A stretch of 64,000 nt of DNA, taken from assembly GCA_964016885.1 (NCBI GenBank), contig OZ024749.1:9920001-9984000 (forward strand), written 5' to 3'. Of this stretch, positions 14,052 to 26,992 are shown one piece after another (position 1 is the first letter of the stretch; each line of letters opens with the position of its first letter). The stretch is from Eledone cirrhosa. Lineage: Eukaryota. Under the pieces are notes generated by a model. That model made no database searches. It was not told where the DNA came from and worked only from the letters and a program-made list of their open reading frames with translations. Both the position numbers and the translations under genes were made by a program.

Positions 14052-14780
14052 TAAACTAGCTGCCCGTCCGGCTGGCGCCCGGCTAGGTATACCTGCCCCC
14101 ACCACTCCACTGCAAAGATACCACACACCCTCCCGTGTCACATTGTCCTTCCGACTTCGTAGCAAAGGGGAGGAGCTACTGTAGAAATGAATTTAAAAAG
14201 AAAGTGTTAAGCTGTGTTGTTAATATACATACATATATACAACCGTCAGCTTTATAAGTATAGATATGTGTGTGTATATGTATGTGTGTCTGTGTTTTGT
14301 TTTGATGTTATCTGGCAATTGGCGAAATCAGGTGGGGAGAAAAAATGTATGTGTATTTGTCGCTACCTTTGATCATACACATTGTTTATTTCAAAATTAT
14401 TTTAATGACGATACTTGATTTAACGTAATTGGAAATTCGGTCACTTGCTGGTCCCCTCCCCCGACTCTCTCTCTCTGAATAACTAACACTTTAATTGTAT
14501 CTCTCTCTGTCGAACGGCCTATCTATCTCTTTTCCCCTCCCTCTGTTTTTCTGTCTCTCTCTGTACATGTGTGTGTAGTTTTCCTAATCTTTCTCTCTCT
14601 CTCTGTATATATTGAAGGGAGATACGGAAACTAAAACAGTGTTGTCATACAGAGAGAGTAAAGCAGTTAAATTATAGAGAGAGAGAAGAGTGACAGAGAG
14701 AGTAGAGCTAAGAAACTATAGGGAGGTGTACAGGATACATACATAATACACACGACGCTCAGCTTTATAATATTATAGAT
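14052..14780 (+). mobile_element. Non-autonomous Helentron/Lep1-like element(s)
   Basis: 5' ACTAGCTGCCCGTCCGGCTGGCGCCCGG; two 3' ends with (CATA)n...CAGCTTTATAA..TATAGAT at ~14265 and ~14780. Confidence 0.5.
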
Positions 14781-15314
14781 TTGAGCAATTTACTTTTGTC
14801 ACACAATGTATGCGTTTGTGTGAATGTATGTGTGTAAAGGGAAGGAAGAGGATGGTGAAAAAACTATAGCAAAACAACTGGCGTTCCATTTGATACTCTC
14901 TGTGTGAGTATGTGTGTGTTTGTGTGAATGTATGTCTGAGTGTGTATTTTTGTGTGTCTATGTTTGCGTGTTTATATGTATATACTCATACATATAAATG
15001 TATGTATATGCACATATATATACAAATATGCATCAGTGTTTGGAAAAAATCCTAGTACAATAAAATACAAATTTCATTTGCAAATTTCTGATAAATGTCA
15101 ATTTTGTATTATTTACTGCTTTAAATTGTGTGTATTTGGTTAAGAATAGGTAGACCATATCCCTAAGTAAGAAGTGACTGATAGGGTTGGTATTAGGGTG
15201 GGTGGCTATAAAATATTGCCTCTAAATGATCCATAAAAAGGCCTATAAACGTCAAAATATAAAGTAAAACATATGTGAAGGAGTGTCCAATAGGCCAGAA
15301 AATGTGGTATGGTC

Positions 15315-15455
15315 GTGGGGCCAGTCCTCAAGTATTCCTTCCAGCAAGTCCTGTCAAAAGCAACAGTCTCCAATTGATCCAACTGGGTTCTTAAGCTAGA
15401 CCAGACAAGCTCATGAATGTTATCCAACCATCTTGTTTGGAGTCTACCTCACTTT
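15315..15455 (-). mobile_element. RTE LINE 3' fragment, same family as 63150-63510
   Basis: DNIHELVWSSLRTQLDQL..DRTCWK matches DNIHELIWSRLGIQSDQL..DRTRWK. Confidence 0.75.
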
Positions 15456-16135
15456 GCATTGAGGATGAAATAGTATTAATTGTTGTTTAGCCTCAGGACT
15501 TTATGATAGTGAGTCCAACACCCCAACCACTCGGCCATGTACCTTCACTAGTTTACTAGTTATTACATTGAATTGAGTTTTACCGTTTGAAACTAAAACA
15601 AAACAACACTGAAAAAATGTGGCTTGTTGTGAGCAAGCCATGGTGGAAGGTGTTCCAGCTATGACTAGACTATCTTTTCCTTTTAAGCATCATCATCATT
15701 GCTTTTACGTCCACTTTTCCCTGCTTGCAAGGTTGAGACAGGCCCTCTTCAGCACAGCATCTCTCCATTTGTCATGCTCCTTCGTCATCTCCTCTGTGAG
15801 CTTCAGCGATCTGAAGTCTGCCTATGTTTTCTGTAGTCTTCCTCTACTGCGTCTTCCTTCCATTAAGATTACTTGGCACTTCTTCACCCAGCAGTCATCA
15901 TCCATGTGCATCACATGGCTATCATCATCGTTTTTACATCCGTTTTTTCCACACTCGTTCTGTTCCTTCGTCATCTCCTCTGTGAGTCTGTGATTTGAGA
16001 GTGGTATATTAATAACTGTGGTGTGTTGTTTAGCCCCAGTTCATCACTGATTGAGTAGAAGAACTATGATGAAAAATACTCCAGCTTGGACCAGGCCATC
16101 TTTCCTTTTTAAGTATGGTATATTAAAGACTACAT

Positions 16136-16548
16136 TCATCATCATCAGCATCACCGTTTTACGTCCATTCTTCCACGCTAGCATGGGTTAGACGGGTTGT
16201 CCTGTTGTGGGCAGTGTCCGGTCGGCTGACCTTATCTTGCTCATACTGGAACTGATTCTGGCTTGATTTCTACAGCTGGATGCCCTTCCTAACACCAACC
16301 TCATTTACAGTGAGTGCTGGGTGCTTTTTTGCCGTGGCACCTACACGTCCACTTTACAGTGTGGGCCGGGTGCTTTTTTGAAGTGGAATGATGGGGACCC
16401 CAGTCCTATCATCTCATTTCTACAGCTGAGGAAACTGGAGCAATGTGAAATAAAGTATCTTGCTCAAGGAAGCAACACATCACCCGGTCTGAGAATCGAA
16501 CTCGCAACCTTTCGATTGCAAGCCCAATGCTCTAATCACTAAGCCATA
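16136..16548 (-). mobile_element. CORE-like tRNA SINE with RTE-derived 3' tail ending in (GAT)n
   Basis: tRNA-like head at ~16545 on minus strand, CORE-like block, tail shared with RTE copies; near-identical to 42640-43030. Confidence 0.85.
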
Positions 16549-16959
16549 AGTTCCTACAGGTATTGATCCTTCAATTTATCAGCTATCTCTTTACAAATAC
16601 AACATGATTAGAACGTTTGATTGGCATTACAGCTAGTTGGTAGTCAGCTAACCTTTCATCTCTACCACTCAAATAATGCTGTCTAGGTCAGTTTGGTGCT
16701 TTAACCAATCATGTGTGTCTGTATATATATTTCTTCATTGTACTGTGTTGTTTTCACTTTTTGCATACATATATGTATATGTTTCTCTCTCTCTCTCTCT
16801 CTCTGTGAGAGTCCTGGGTTCAATTGGGGGTAACCACAGTAAGTAAGGTACCCATTACATTAGTAGAGTGTACACAACAAAATTTAATATAGAAATGGCT
16901 TCCTTCGAATGAAACAGTTCTAGTCCTGTGGAAGTCATTTCTATATTAAATTTTGTTTT

Positions 16960-17855
16960 AGAGAGCTTATACCGCTGTTGGCCACAAAAGGTTTCTCTCT
17001 AAAAATGAAAGGCAGATTGTATGATGCTTGCATACGAACAGCAATGCTACATCGCAGTGAGACATGGGCATTGTGTGCAGAGGACCTGCGCAGACTGGAA
17101 AGGAACGAAGCATGCATGCTCCGTTGGATGTGTAATAGTAATATACGTGAATGGCAAAGCATAAATGAACTAAGTGAGAAATTAGGAATAAAAGGGATCA
17201 GATGCTGTTTACTTGAGAGAAGACTACGTTATTATGGTCACGTGATGCGCATGAAAGACGACAGCTGTATAAAAAAGTGCTGGACGATCAAAATTGATGG
17301 AAGTTACGGAGTAGGTAGACTCAGAAAAATCTGGGACGATCTGATAAATTCCGACCTCACACACTTACACCTCTCTAAGACAATGTCACTGGACCGAGAT
17401 CTTTGGTGCTACGGCGTAATACAGAAGATCCGCCTTGCCTAAGTACAAAGCGAAACCTACAGTCAGTAGGCACCTCTTAACCAAATATACACTCCCATCC
17501 ACTACTCCTACTCTATCCTCCCACTCCCACCAACCTCTCTCTATAAAGTTGGTACCACAACATCCAGTCCAAATAAATGAGATAATGAGATCAAGATCGT
17601 GTAGGTGTCACTACAAAAAAACACACAGTCCACGCTGTAATGTGGCCATGTAGGTAACACGGTAAAAACCTCCCAGTTCCACACTGTAAATATGGTTGGT
17701 GTTAGGAAGGGCATCCAGCCGTAGAAAGCCTGCCAGATAGTCCTGTATGAGCGAGACACGGTCACCCGACCAACCTTGCCTCAAGTGGGACAACTCCCGT
17801 CTAACCCATGCTAGCGAGGAAGATGGATGTTAAACGAAGATGATGATGATGACGA
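16960..17855 (+). mobile_element. 5'-truncated RTE LINE (ORF C-terminus, 3' UTR, (GAT)n tail)
   Basis: LYDACIRTAMLH.SETW...RRLRYYGHVMRM...GRLRKIW; high identity to 43200-43920. Confidence 0.9.
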
Positions 17856-18029
17856 AGCATATATATATATACAGGATGTCCCACCCAACCCTCCCACTGT
17901 ATAGGGGCCGAGTAATTATCACAACAAAGCGCCCAGCCCACACTTTTAAGTGGTCAATTATCACGACAAAAGCACCCAGTCCATATTGTTAAGTGGTCGT
18001 GTAGGTGTCACAAGAAGAAGCACCCATTA

Positions 18030-18300
18030 TCTTCATCATACGTCCACTTTTCCCTGCTTGCAAGGGTGGGACGAGTCTTATTAACCACGGCATCTCTCCA
18101 CTTGTCACGGTCCTTCGTCATCTCTGTGAGCTTCAGCGATCTGAGGTCAGCTCTCACCACCCCCGCCCATGTTTTTCGTGGTCTTCCTCTACTGCGTTTT
18201 CTTTCTACTGGGATTTCTTGGCACTTCTTTACCCAGCGGTCATCCTCCATGCGCATCACATGTCCATACCAACGCAGTCTTCTCTCCCCCACACTACAGC
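18030..18300 (-). mobile_element. RTE LINE 3' fragment (second subfamily)
   Basis: ERRLRWYGHVMRMEDDRWVKKC...RGRPRKTW. Confidence 0.85.
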
Positions 18301-18475
18301 CTATCCCTCTTATACACACTGTAAATGAGGATGGTGTTAGGAAGGGCATCCAGCTGTAGAAATCAAGCCAGAATCAGTTCCCGTCCCACCCTTGCAAGCA
18401 GGGAAAAAGCGGACATAAAATGAAATGATGATGATGATGATATATAAATATAAATATCTATATATGTATATAAAT

Positions 18476-18537
<62 letters not shown>

Positions 18538-19519
18538 AGAGAGACAGATAACAAGATATAGCCCGCTATAGATATGTGTATGTATATAAAATCCACCACC
18601 CCCTCCTGCCATAACTTTCTCTATCCCACATTGGTGTTTCCATAATCCAGTTAACAACTGTACACCATAGTTTTCTGTCTGGCTCTGTGTAAACAACTCA
18701 TGAACCAAATTATACAGAAGAAGAATTTTATTTATTGATTATTTTTGTTTTTATTTTAGCTTTTATAGGATGGTGGTGGTGGTAGTGATGGGGTGGTGAT
18801 GTGGTAATGGTGGTGATGATAGTGGTTGTGGTGTTGCTAGTGGTGGTGGTGGTGATGGGTTGCTTGTGTTACTAATGAGCTGTTTAACTCTTAACATCCT
18901 GTCATGATTTAGTTGAAGAAAATATCTACAAAACAAAAACAGGTTTGTTAATTTAGATGTTTATAGTATCTTTACTAGGGACAAAGTTTCTTATCAAAAT
19001 TTGCAGGAAATGTAATTAAAGGCTTTCATTTTTAATGGGGTACAGGCATAGTGTTGTTTAAACAAGCCATATCTGGCCAGAATTCTCTCACCTTTCTTTT
19101 TCAAACTGATCATAACTGACTGCTCATACCAACATTAACGTATTGTTCTCAAAATAAATATCAAAATCTCATAGATTTGATATTAGGTGTAGTAAAGCCT
19201 TTACGGTGAAAATACAAGAGTAAATATAGAGTAATGTGAATGCTAAAGGGTTAAATGACAAGAGTTAACCCTAGCTGCTCACACTGGTACTAATTATTTT
19301 CAGCTGAATCGAACTGTATGAAATGAAGCCTCTTGCTTAAGGAGACAATGTGCTGTCCATTCTAGGAATTGAATCCGCAACCCTGTAGGTGTGTTATATG
19401 AGGTGAGGGTCAGCTGAAAGTTACTCTCATGGATAGGATGGGCTGTCCCTTAGGGAGAGATCATGTCGGAGGACCGTTTTTCGCTTGGATTCTACAGCTG
19501 GATGCCTTTCCTAATGCCA

Positions 19520-19825
19520 ACCACATTTACAGTGTGTGCTGGGTGCTTTTTGTCGTGTCACCAACATGACCACTTTACAGTGTGGGCTGGGTGCTTTTTG
19601 TCGTGTCACCAACATGACCACTTTACGGTGTGGGCTGGGTGCTTTTTGTCGTGTCACCAACATGACCACTTTACAGTGTGGGCTGGGTGCTTTTTGTCGT
19701 GTCACCAACATGACCACTTTACGGTGTGGGCTGGGTGCTTTTTGTCGTGTCACCAACATGACCACTTTACGGTGTGGGTTGGGTGCTTTTTGTCGTGACA
19801 CCGACATGACCGCTTTACAGTGTGG
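19520..19825. repeat. Minisatellite of ~49-bp unit derived from the RTE/SINE 3' UTR
   Basis: About 6 copies of ACCACTTTACRGTGTGGGCTGGGTGCTTTTTGTCGTGTCACCAACATG following the GGATGCC..CCTAA tail motif. Confidence 0.9.
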
Positions 19826-20179
19826 AACCGAAGGACAGCTGGGGATTGTGTATAGTTTTTTTCTATCTCATAGTATCCTGCATAGCTTCAATTTTGAAAA
19901 TTCTCAACTTTGGCACTAAGTTCACTAGCATGGATGGCTACAAATACATGGTATGTTACGACACTGGCTGGTTATGGATACTCTTCTAGCTGCACTCGGG
20001 GCGACTGGGTCTGTTCACCTCCTTCAGTGCTTGGAAATTAACTAAATTTCCCTTTTTCTATGGTAAACTGTAACTACTTGGAACGGTCAGTGGACTTTTG
20101 GGCCGTGTGTGTGTTGGGGGTCGCCTTCTTCAGTTGTTGTTAACTGCCATACCTTACTACTATCGTAATTTAATATAAT

Positions 20180-20369
20180 TGTTTCTACTTTTGGCACAAG
20201 GCCAGCAATTATTCCAGTATATTACTGGTACTTTATTTTATCGACCCCGTAAGGATGAAAGGCAAAGTTAACCTTGGCGGGATTTGAACTCAGACCATAA
20301 AGGGCCATAACTCTTTGCTGCAAGGCATGGCGTGAGACCGTCTACCGATACTGCCAATCCACCGCCCTT
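20180..20369 (-). mobile_element. Full-length Meta-like tRNA SINE with target-site duplication
   Basis: TCGTAATTTAATATAAT repeated at 20163-20179 and 20370-20386. Confidence 0.9.
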
Positions 20370-21362
20370 TCGTAATTTAATATAATATAACATTGAACTA
20401 TGAGGGGATTCCGAAGCAGATAGCAACTGAGCTTAGCTTAACTAACATTATGTTATTTGTCTTATTAGGTCCCTGATTACACAACTCTATAATTGGAATC
20501 ATTAACGGAACTGGTCTACTTATTTAAACTCTGTTTTAATTCAATTCCTAAAATAAACCCTAACTCCAACTTATATACATTTCTAACCTGAATTTTTCTC
20601 TACTTGATATGTTCCTACTGCCCCCCCATCCCGTATGTTTTATGCTTTCCGTGAGTACATAGACCATAGCTTGACCCAGGTGAATTACCATTCTCTGTAA
20701 CACTATATTCTCCCTCCCTCTGGCCTGCTGTCCGAAGGCTGCTGGAGTTGAGGGGTAGTGTTGATTCGCCAAGTAAACTATACATCTCCCTACCCGCTTA
20801 GCAAACCAGCAGGAAGAATTTGTTAAAAATAGCCCCACTCAGAGGCGGGCAAGCAATGTGGCAGCCTGCTACTACATCCGTCCCTGGGTTCAAAACACAA
20901 CACACTTTTTCCTCTCTGTTTTTCTTTACTTGTTTCCTTAAAGTTTACCATCGTTCCATTGGTATACATCTATTACGCAATTTACACTTGATGAGGTCAC
21001 TGGGTTCTTACGCAACCTGGCCACTGAAATGTGCATAGTGTCTGCAGAAATTAAAAAAATTAAGGAAATTCAACATATTTGGCCTCCTGTCATTTTATTT
21101 TATAATACATTTACTCCGTTCCTGCACCACCAACATGATTCAACATTAAGATGGTTGAGTTGCATAATGTTGAGTGCTTTTCTCATATTACGTCATGATT
21201 ATCATTGCAGAATGACCAATTCTACCCAGTGGCAAACCACTAAATTTAAACGAGTATATATATATGTATACATATGTATTTGTATATGTATATATGTGTT
21301 AAGTATTTCTGTAGAAAAGGTAAAGGAAAGAAGAGTGCTCTATGTATAGTACAGAGCTATTT

Positions 21363-21553
21363 AATTATATAATAAACAACACAATATAATTATTCCATTA
21401 CCAAAGGTTTCAGGAAACTAGTCGATCCTTACAGAAACGTCCAGCCCGTTCATCAGATGTAGTTGAACGGGCTGGACATTTCTGTAAGAATCATCTAGTT
21501 TCTTTAAACCTTTGGTAATGGAATAATTATATTATGTTGTTTATTATATAATT
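21363..21553. repeat. Fold-back inverted repeat (~85-bp arms), probable inverted PLE terminal repeats
   Basis: Arms are reverse complements with few mismatches; homologous to 50520-50620. Confidence 0.85.
21395..21459 (-). ncRNA. Putative type-I hammerhead ribozyme
   Basis: Minus strand CAT-CTGATGA...GAAA-CC-TTT-GG-TA-ATG: core, stem III, GUA site and 3-bp stem I; stem II imperfect. Confidence 0.55.
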
Positions 21554-21554
21554 C

Positions 21555-21935
21555 ATCACCATCATCACCGTTTTACGTCCGTTCTTCCACGCTAGCATGG
21601 GTTAGACGGGTTGTCCTGTTGTGGGCAGTGTCCGGTCGGCTGACCTTGTCTTGCTCATACGGGAACTGATTCTGGCTTGATTTCTACAGCTGGATGCCCT
21701 TCCTAACACCAACCTCATTTACAGTGAGTGCTGGGTGCTTTTCTTTTTCCCGTGGCACCTACACATCCACTTTACAGTGTGGGCTGGGTGCTTTTTTTGC
21801 CGTGGCACCTCCACGACCACTTTGCAGTGGAATGATAGGGACTCCAGTCCTATCATCTCATTTCTACAGCTGAGTAAACTGGAGCAATGTAAAATAAAGT
21901 GTCTTGCTCAAGGAAACAACACATCACCCAGTCCA
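21555..21935 (-). mobile_element. CORE-like SINE with RTE tail, head truncated
   Basis: Near-identical to 16136-16548. Confidence 0.85.
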
Positions 21936-22193
21936 AGAATATATATATATGGAAAATAATAAAGAATTTCTTAATTTTCTAACTTGATTTTTTTTTCACC
22001 ACATACACATATATATATATCATCATCATTGTATAATATTATTTCTTATTATTTTGCCTTTCATCCTTCCGGGGTCGATAGAATAAAGTACCAGTAATGC
22101 ATTGGGTAATTGCTGGCCTTGTGCCAAAAGTAGAAACAATTATTTCTTATTATTTCTTATCTCTTATATAATTCTTCCATTATCAAATTCTAG

Positions 22194-22292
22194 GCGATAT
22201 CAGAGAGCAAACTAAAGGCTTTCAACATTGGTACCATGAATATTGGTAAGAAAGCACTGTCTAAGAAAGAACAGGAAGAATTAAAGAGAAAG
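22194..22292 (+). CDS. U2SURP: U2 snRNP-associated SURP motif protein (SR140), first identified coding exon
   Basis: TAG|AISESKLKAFNIGTMNIGKKALSKKEQEELKRK|GT; resembles human ENKLKAFSIGKM..LSKKEQEELKKK. Confidence 0.93.
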
Positions 22293-22884
22293 GTTTGTAA
22301 AGACATTTTATTTAATTTTCATTTCAGAAGAGTTTTTTTAAAAGTCAGAATCATTCTGACCATTTATAAGAGGTTGTCCAACTTTTTGGGCCATTGTTCC
22401 CCCCCTGCATATGGACACATAATATAATATATATATTATAAATATTTTATGTTTTTTATTTTACTATATATATATTATGTATCATTTGATATTTAATATA
22501 CTATATCACAAATACCCTTAGGTCCCAGTGCCCTCATGGGCCTTCTCAGCACCCCCAGGGGCAGTAACGCCCACTTTGAGCACTTCTGATTTATAATATA
22601 ACAGCAGGTCTTCTGTAACGGATTGTGTTGTTGAGGCCTCACGAAAGACGTGTTCACAGAACATATATCAAAGCCATCTCAGAGATCATCTCTCTCCAAG
22701 TTTAATCAATAAAGCACTCAGAACACCCTTAAAGTGGTTGACATTAGGAAGGGCATCCAGCCATAGAAGCCATGACAAAATATGCAATAGAGGAGTAAGA
22801 CATGGTTCTCCGAGCCATCTAGTTTCAAACCATGACTAATTATTCAACTCATGCCAACATGGAAAATTACGAGGAGGAAGTGTT

Positions 22885-23180
22885 AGACCAATGGTTCCCA
22901 ACTTGGGGCACACATCCCACAGGGGAGCAATTTGAAAATAATGTTAATGAGAGCAAACTTCAGATTTTACCCTGTTACTTTTACACCAAGGTAAATTTGG
23001 AACAAATTATGATCGGAAACTCGTCTCACCTCCTTCACGTAGTGCATCTGGCATCACCCACACACCAATTTTTTTATACTTTGTGGTTGGTCATTGCTGT
23101 TTTTATATCAAAGTGGGGCATAAAAATGTTTGAGATTTTGAGGTGTGTCATGGGGCATAAAAGGTTGGGAACCACTGAGT
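22885..23180. mobile_element. hAT/Charlie-like MITE
   Basis: TIR CAATGGTTCCCAAC...GTTGGGAACCACTG. Confidence 0.65.
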
Positions 23181-23384
23181 TAGATTCAATGCTGCAGCAT
23201 AACAAAGCACTTGTCAATTCTACTCTGCTCCCACTGGCATATAGTCCTTACTCTGTGGTATTTTTATCTTGGTTTATGGAGCCACTTGAGAGTATCATGG
23301 CCATTTACACAACACAATGTCAGTGATGAGAAAATCTACTTGGTAAACTATACTTTAGCAGCACCTTAATGTCCCCAATCACTC

Positions 23385-24692
23385 AGGTGTGTCAATCATA
23401 CAGGTGTGTCAGTCATACAGGTGTGTCAGTCATACAGGTGTGTCAGTCATACAGGTGTGTCAGTCATACAGGTGTGTCAATCATACAGGTGTGTCAATCA
23501 TTCAGGTGTATCAGTCATACAGGTGTATCAGTCATACAGGTGTGTCAGTCATACAGGTGTCAATCATACAGGTGTGTCAATCATACAGGTGTGTCAGTCA
23601 TACAGGTGTGTCAATCATACAGGTGTGTCAGTCATACAGGTGTACCAGTCATACAGGTGTGTCAGTCAGACAGGTGTGTCGGCCATACAGGTGTCAGTCA
23701 TACAGGTGTGTCAGTCATACAGGTGTGTCAGCCATACAGGTGTATCAGCCATACAGGTGTGTCAGTCATACAGGTGTCAGTCATACAGGTGTGTCAGTCA
23801 TACAGGTGTGTCAGTCATACAGGTGTGTCAGTCATACAGGTGTGTCAGTCATACAGGTGTGTCAATCATACAGGTGTGTCAATCATTCAGGTGTATCAGT
23901 CATACAGGTGTGTCAGTCATACAGGTGTCAATCATACAGGTATGTCAGTCATACAGGTGTGTCAATCATACAGGTGTGTCAGTCATACAGGTGTGTCAGT
24001 CATACAGGTGTACCAGTCATACAGGTGTGTCAGTCAGACAGGTGTGTCGGCCATACAGGTGTCAGTCATACAGGTGTGTCAGTCATACAGGTGTGTCAGC
24101 CATACAGGTGTGTCAGTCATACAGGTGTATCAGCCATACAGGTGTGTCAGTCATACAGGTGTGTCAATCATACAGGTGTGTCAGTCATACAGGTGTGTCA
24201 GTCATACAGGTGTACCAGTCATACAGGTGTGTCAGTCATACAGGTGTGTCAATCATACAGGTGTGTCAGTCATACAGGTGTGTCAGTCATACAGGTGTAC
24301 CAGTCATACAGGTATGTCAGTCATACAGGTGTGTCAGTCATACAGGTGTGTCAATCATACAGGTATGTCAGTCATACAGGTGTACCAGTCATACAGGTGT
24401 GTCAGTCATACTGGTGTGTCAGTCATACAGGTGTGTCAGTCATACAGGTGTGTCAATCATACAGGTGTACCAGTCATTCAGGTGTACCAGTCATTCAGGT
24501 GTATCAGTCATACAGGTGTACCAGTCATACAGGTGTGTCAGTCATACAGGTGTGTCAGTCATACAGGTGTGTCAGTCATACAAGTGTGTCAGTCATTCAG
24601 GTGTGTCAATCATACAGGTGTACCAGTCATACAGGTGTGTCAGTCATACAGGTGTACCAGTCATTCAGGTGTGTCAGTCATACAGGTGTGTC
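23385..24692. repeat. Intronic minisatellite, 17-bp unit CATACAGGTGTGTCAGT
   Basis: Direct tandem repetition; the three 440-459 aa ORFs are artefacts of a stop-free 17-mer. Confidence 0.98.
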
Positions 24693-24792
24693 ACCAAATT
24701 ATATGATGCCAGAATATTTTATATCTGATATTTCACTTTTCCAGATTAAAGTAAACTTTGTGTTGTAAGGGTCAAGTAAAATGGTTGGTGGC

Positions 24793-25082
24793 AAGAAGGG
24801 CACCTGGCTATAAAACCCCACCCCAAGAAGGACACCTGGCTATAAAACCCCACCCCAAGAAGGGCACCTGGCTATAAAACCCCACCCCAAGAAGAGCATC
24901 TGGCTCTAAGATCCCACCCCAAGAAGGCACCTGGCTATAAAACCCCACCCCAAGAAGAGCATCTGGCTATAAGATCCCACCCCAAGAAGGGCACCTGGCT
25001 ATAAAACCCCACCCCAAGAAGAGCCTCTGGCTATAAGATCCCCATCCCAAGAAGAGCATCTGGCTATAAAAACCCCACCCCT
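24793..25082. repeat. Minisatellite of ~32-bp unit AAGAAGGGCACCTGGCTATAAAACCCCACCCC
   Basis: About 9 tandem copies; unit resembles the AGGAAGGGCATCCAGC.ATAAAA retroposon tail motif. Confidence 0.9.
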
Positions 25083-25586
25083 AAAAGGGATCTAATAATT
25101 AAGTATGTAGTCTGGTGGATTGGCAGAGTCATTAGAGCATTGGACAAATGCTTTGTAGTATTTGTTCCAGCTTTTTATATTCTGAGTTCCTGCTAAGGTT
25201 AATTTTGCCTTTCATCCTTCTGGGGTTGTTAAAATAAAGTACCAGTTACTGGGGTCAATGTAATTAACCCCTCACCTTAACCCTTTAGTATTTAAACCGG
25301 CCATTACTGTTCAAACCAGCTGTAACTAGCTGCTCATACTGACAGTAAGGTATTGTTCTCAAAATAAATATCAAAATCTCATAGATTCAATATTATGTGA
25401 GATAGAGTGTTAATACAATAGTCAATATAGAGAAATGTGAATGCTAAAGGGTTTTATACTTGTCATATAGTCCACAAATTTGACCTGCTTTGGCAGAGAA
25501 AATGGCTATAGAATACTTGGGTTTGTTTTTTTTTGTTGTTTTTTAAACCCTAATGTTTCTGTGAAATGTTTCCATCCTTATTTCAG

Positions 25587-25704
25587 CAAGATGAAGAAGC
25601 CACAGCTCAGGTTTACCAAGAATTTGTTGCATCATTTGAAGACAGTTTTAAACACAATAAAAGTTGGATCAAAGGAGGTAGAGTCCTACAAGAAAAAAAA
25701 GAGG
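25587..25704 (+). CDS. U2SURP: U2SURP coding exon
   Basis: TTTCAG|QDEEATAQVYQEFVASFEDSFKHNKSWIKGGRVLQEKKE|GTTAGT; phase 0 to 1; an alternative same-phase donor lies at 25678. Confidence 0.88.
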
Positions 25705-26390
25705 GTTAGTGGTGAATACTTATTAACCCTTTTCATATCAACTCACTTGAAATTGCCCTTGGTTCTATACTAGCAACAGTGCTGGACTGACCTATAAACT
25801 ATAGCTCAGGCCTCATTTTTAAAAATATATTTTTATTTTATCATTACTTTTTATTCTTTAACACTAAATCATCAAAAATTATATATATATATAATTTATT
25901 TTTTTAGAGAAAGCCCTCAAATTCCATGTAGCTTAGGGCCTCAGCAGGTGAAAGTCCAGTCCTGGCTGCAAAGCAGTTTATTTTAAAGTGTTTTTATTTT
26001 AATTTAAATGTCTTATTCCTGGGAGAGTCATGGGTAATATAAATGTTTCTGCATCATCACCATCTAACATCTATTTTCCTTTCTTTTGTTAGATGTGTTG
26101 TCCCGTTCTGTGGCTTGATCAGTCTTGTAAACATGTTTTTGGCACAGTTTCTGTGGCTAGATGCCTTTCCTCCTAATGCCAACTGCTTAACAGTGTGTGC
26201 TGGGAACATTTTATTGTGGCACCACCATTACCACCATACAGGGTGGACTGAGTACTTTTTATCATGGCATCAGCTCTACCACGTTACCGAATGGGCTGGG
26301 TGTATTTTATTGTGGCATCAATACTATCCCAGTTGTGTATATACATTGTGTGTGTGTATATATTTGTATATATATATATATATATATAAA

Positions 26391-26596
26391 ATAATAATAA
26401 GGAACAGGAATGAAGTATCAATATAGCATCATTATATTTATTTGAGAATCCAGAAGTCAGATGAGCTATCGATTCCAGGTCAGGCGCGATCACTAGCGAT
26501 CATACATTTAGCTGATCGATCGCGAAATGCACGTTATGTGTGAATCAATATAATGATGTTATATTGATAATTTATTCCTGTTCCTTATTGTTATTA
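26391..26596. repeat. Fold-back element enclosing a hammerhead-like motif (CAGATGA...GAAA)
   Basis: About 55-bp inverted arms; stem II GCTATCGAT/ATCGATCGC. Confidence 0.65.
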
Positions 26597-26951
26597 ACAC
26601 TCTGCTTCTTAAGGATACCGACTACGATGAAATTCCAAATGTAGAATACCACATCGCCAGTCAGACCCATATTAGCATTGAGTGCTCAAACTGGTGAGCC
26701 AATAGTAACTAAACGTTGCACACCAATACACTATATATATATATATATATATATATAACCCATGCTAGTGTAGAAAATGGATGTAAAACGGAGGTGATGA
26801 TGATATATTTATGCACCCAGCCCACACTAAAGACGTTGTGTAAGTGTCATGACAAAAATCACCCTGCCCACACTGTAAGGTGGTCATGTAGGTGTCACTA
26901 CAAAAAGCACCCAGCCCACACTGTAAGGTGGTCATGTAGATATGTGTGTGT

Positions 26952-26992
<41 letters not shown>

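Noticed and set aside
10500-22190. Search for the U2SURP start exon and promoter
   Set aside because: No supportable candidate; it may be very short or lie upstream of the window
22832-23326. 164-aa ORF
   Set aside because: Spans a retroposon tail and a hAT-like MITE, with no recognisable protein motif
23369-24768. Three overlapping 440-459 aa ORFs
   Set aside because: Translations of a stop-free 17-bp minisatellite inside a U2SURP intron; all frames give the same periodic peptide
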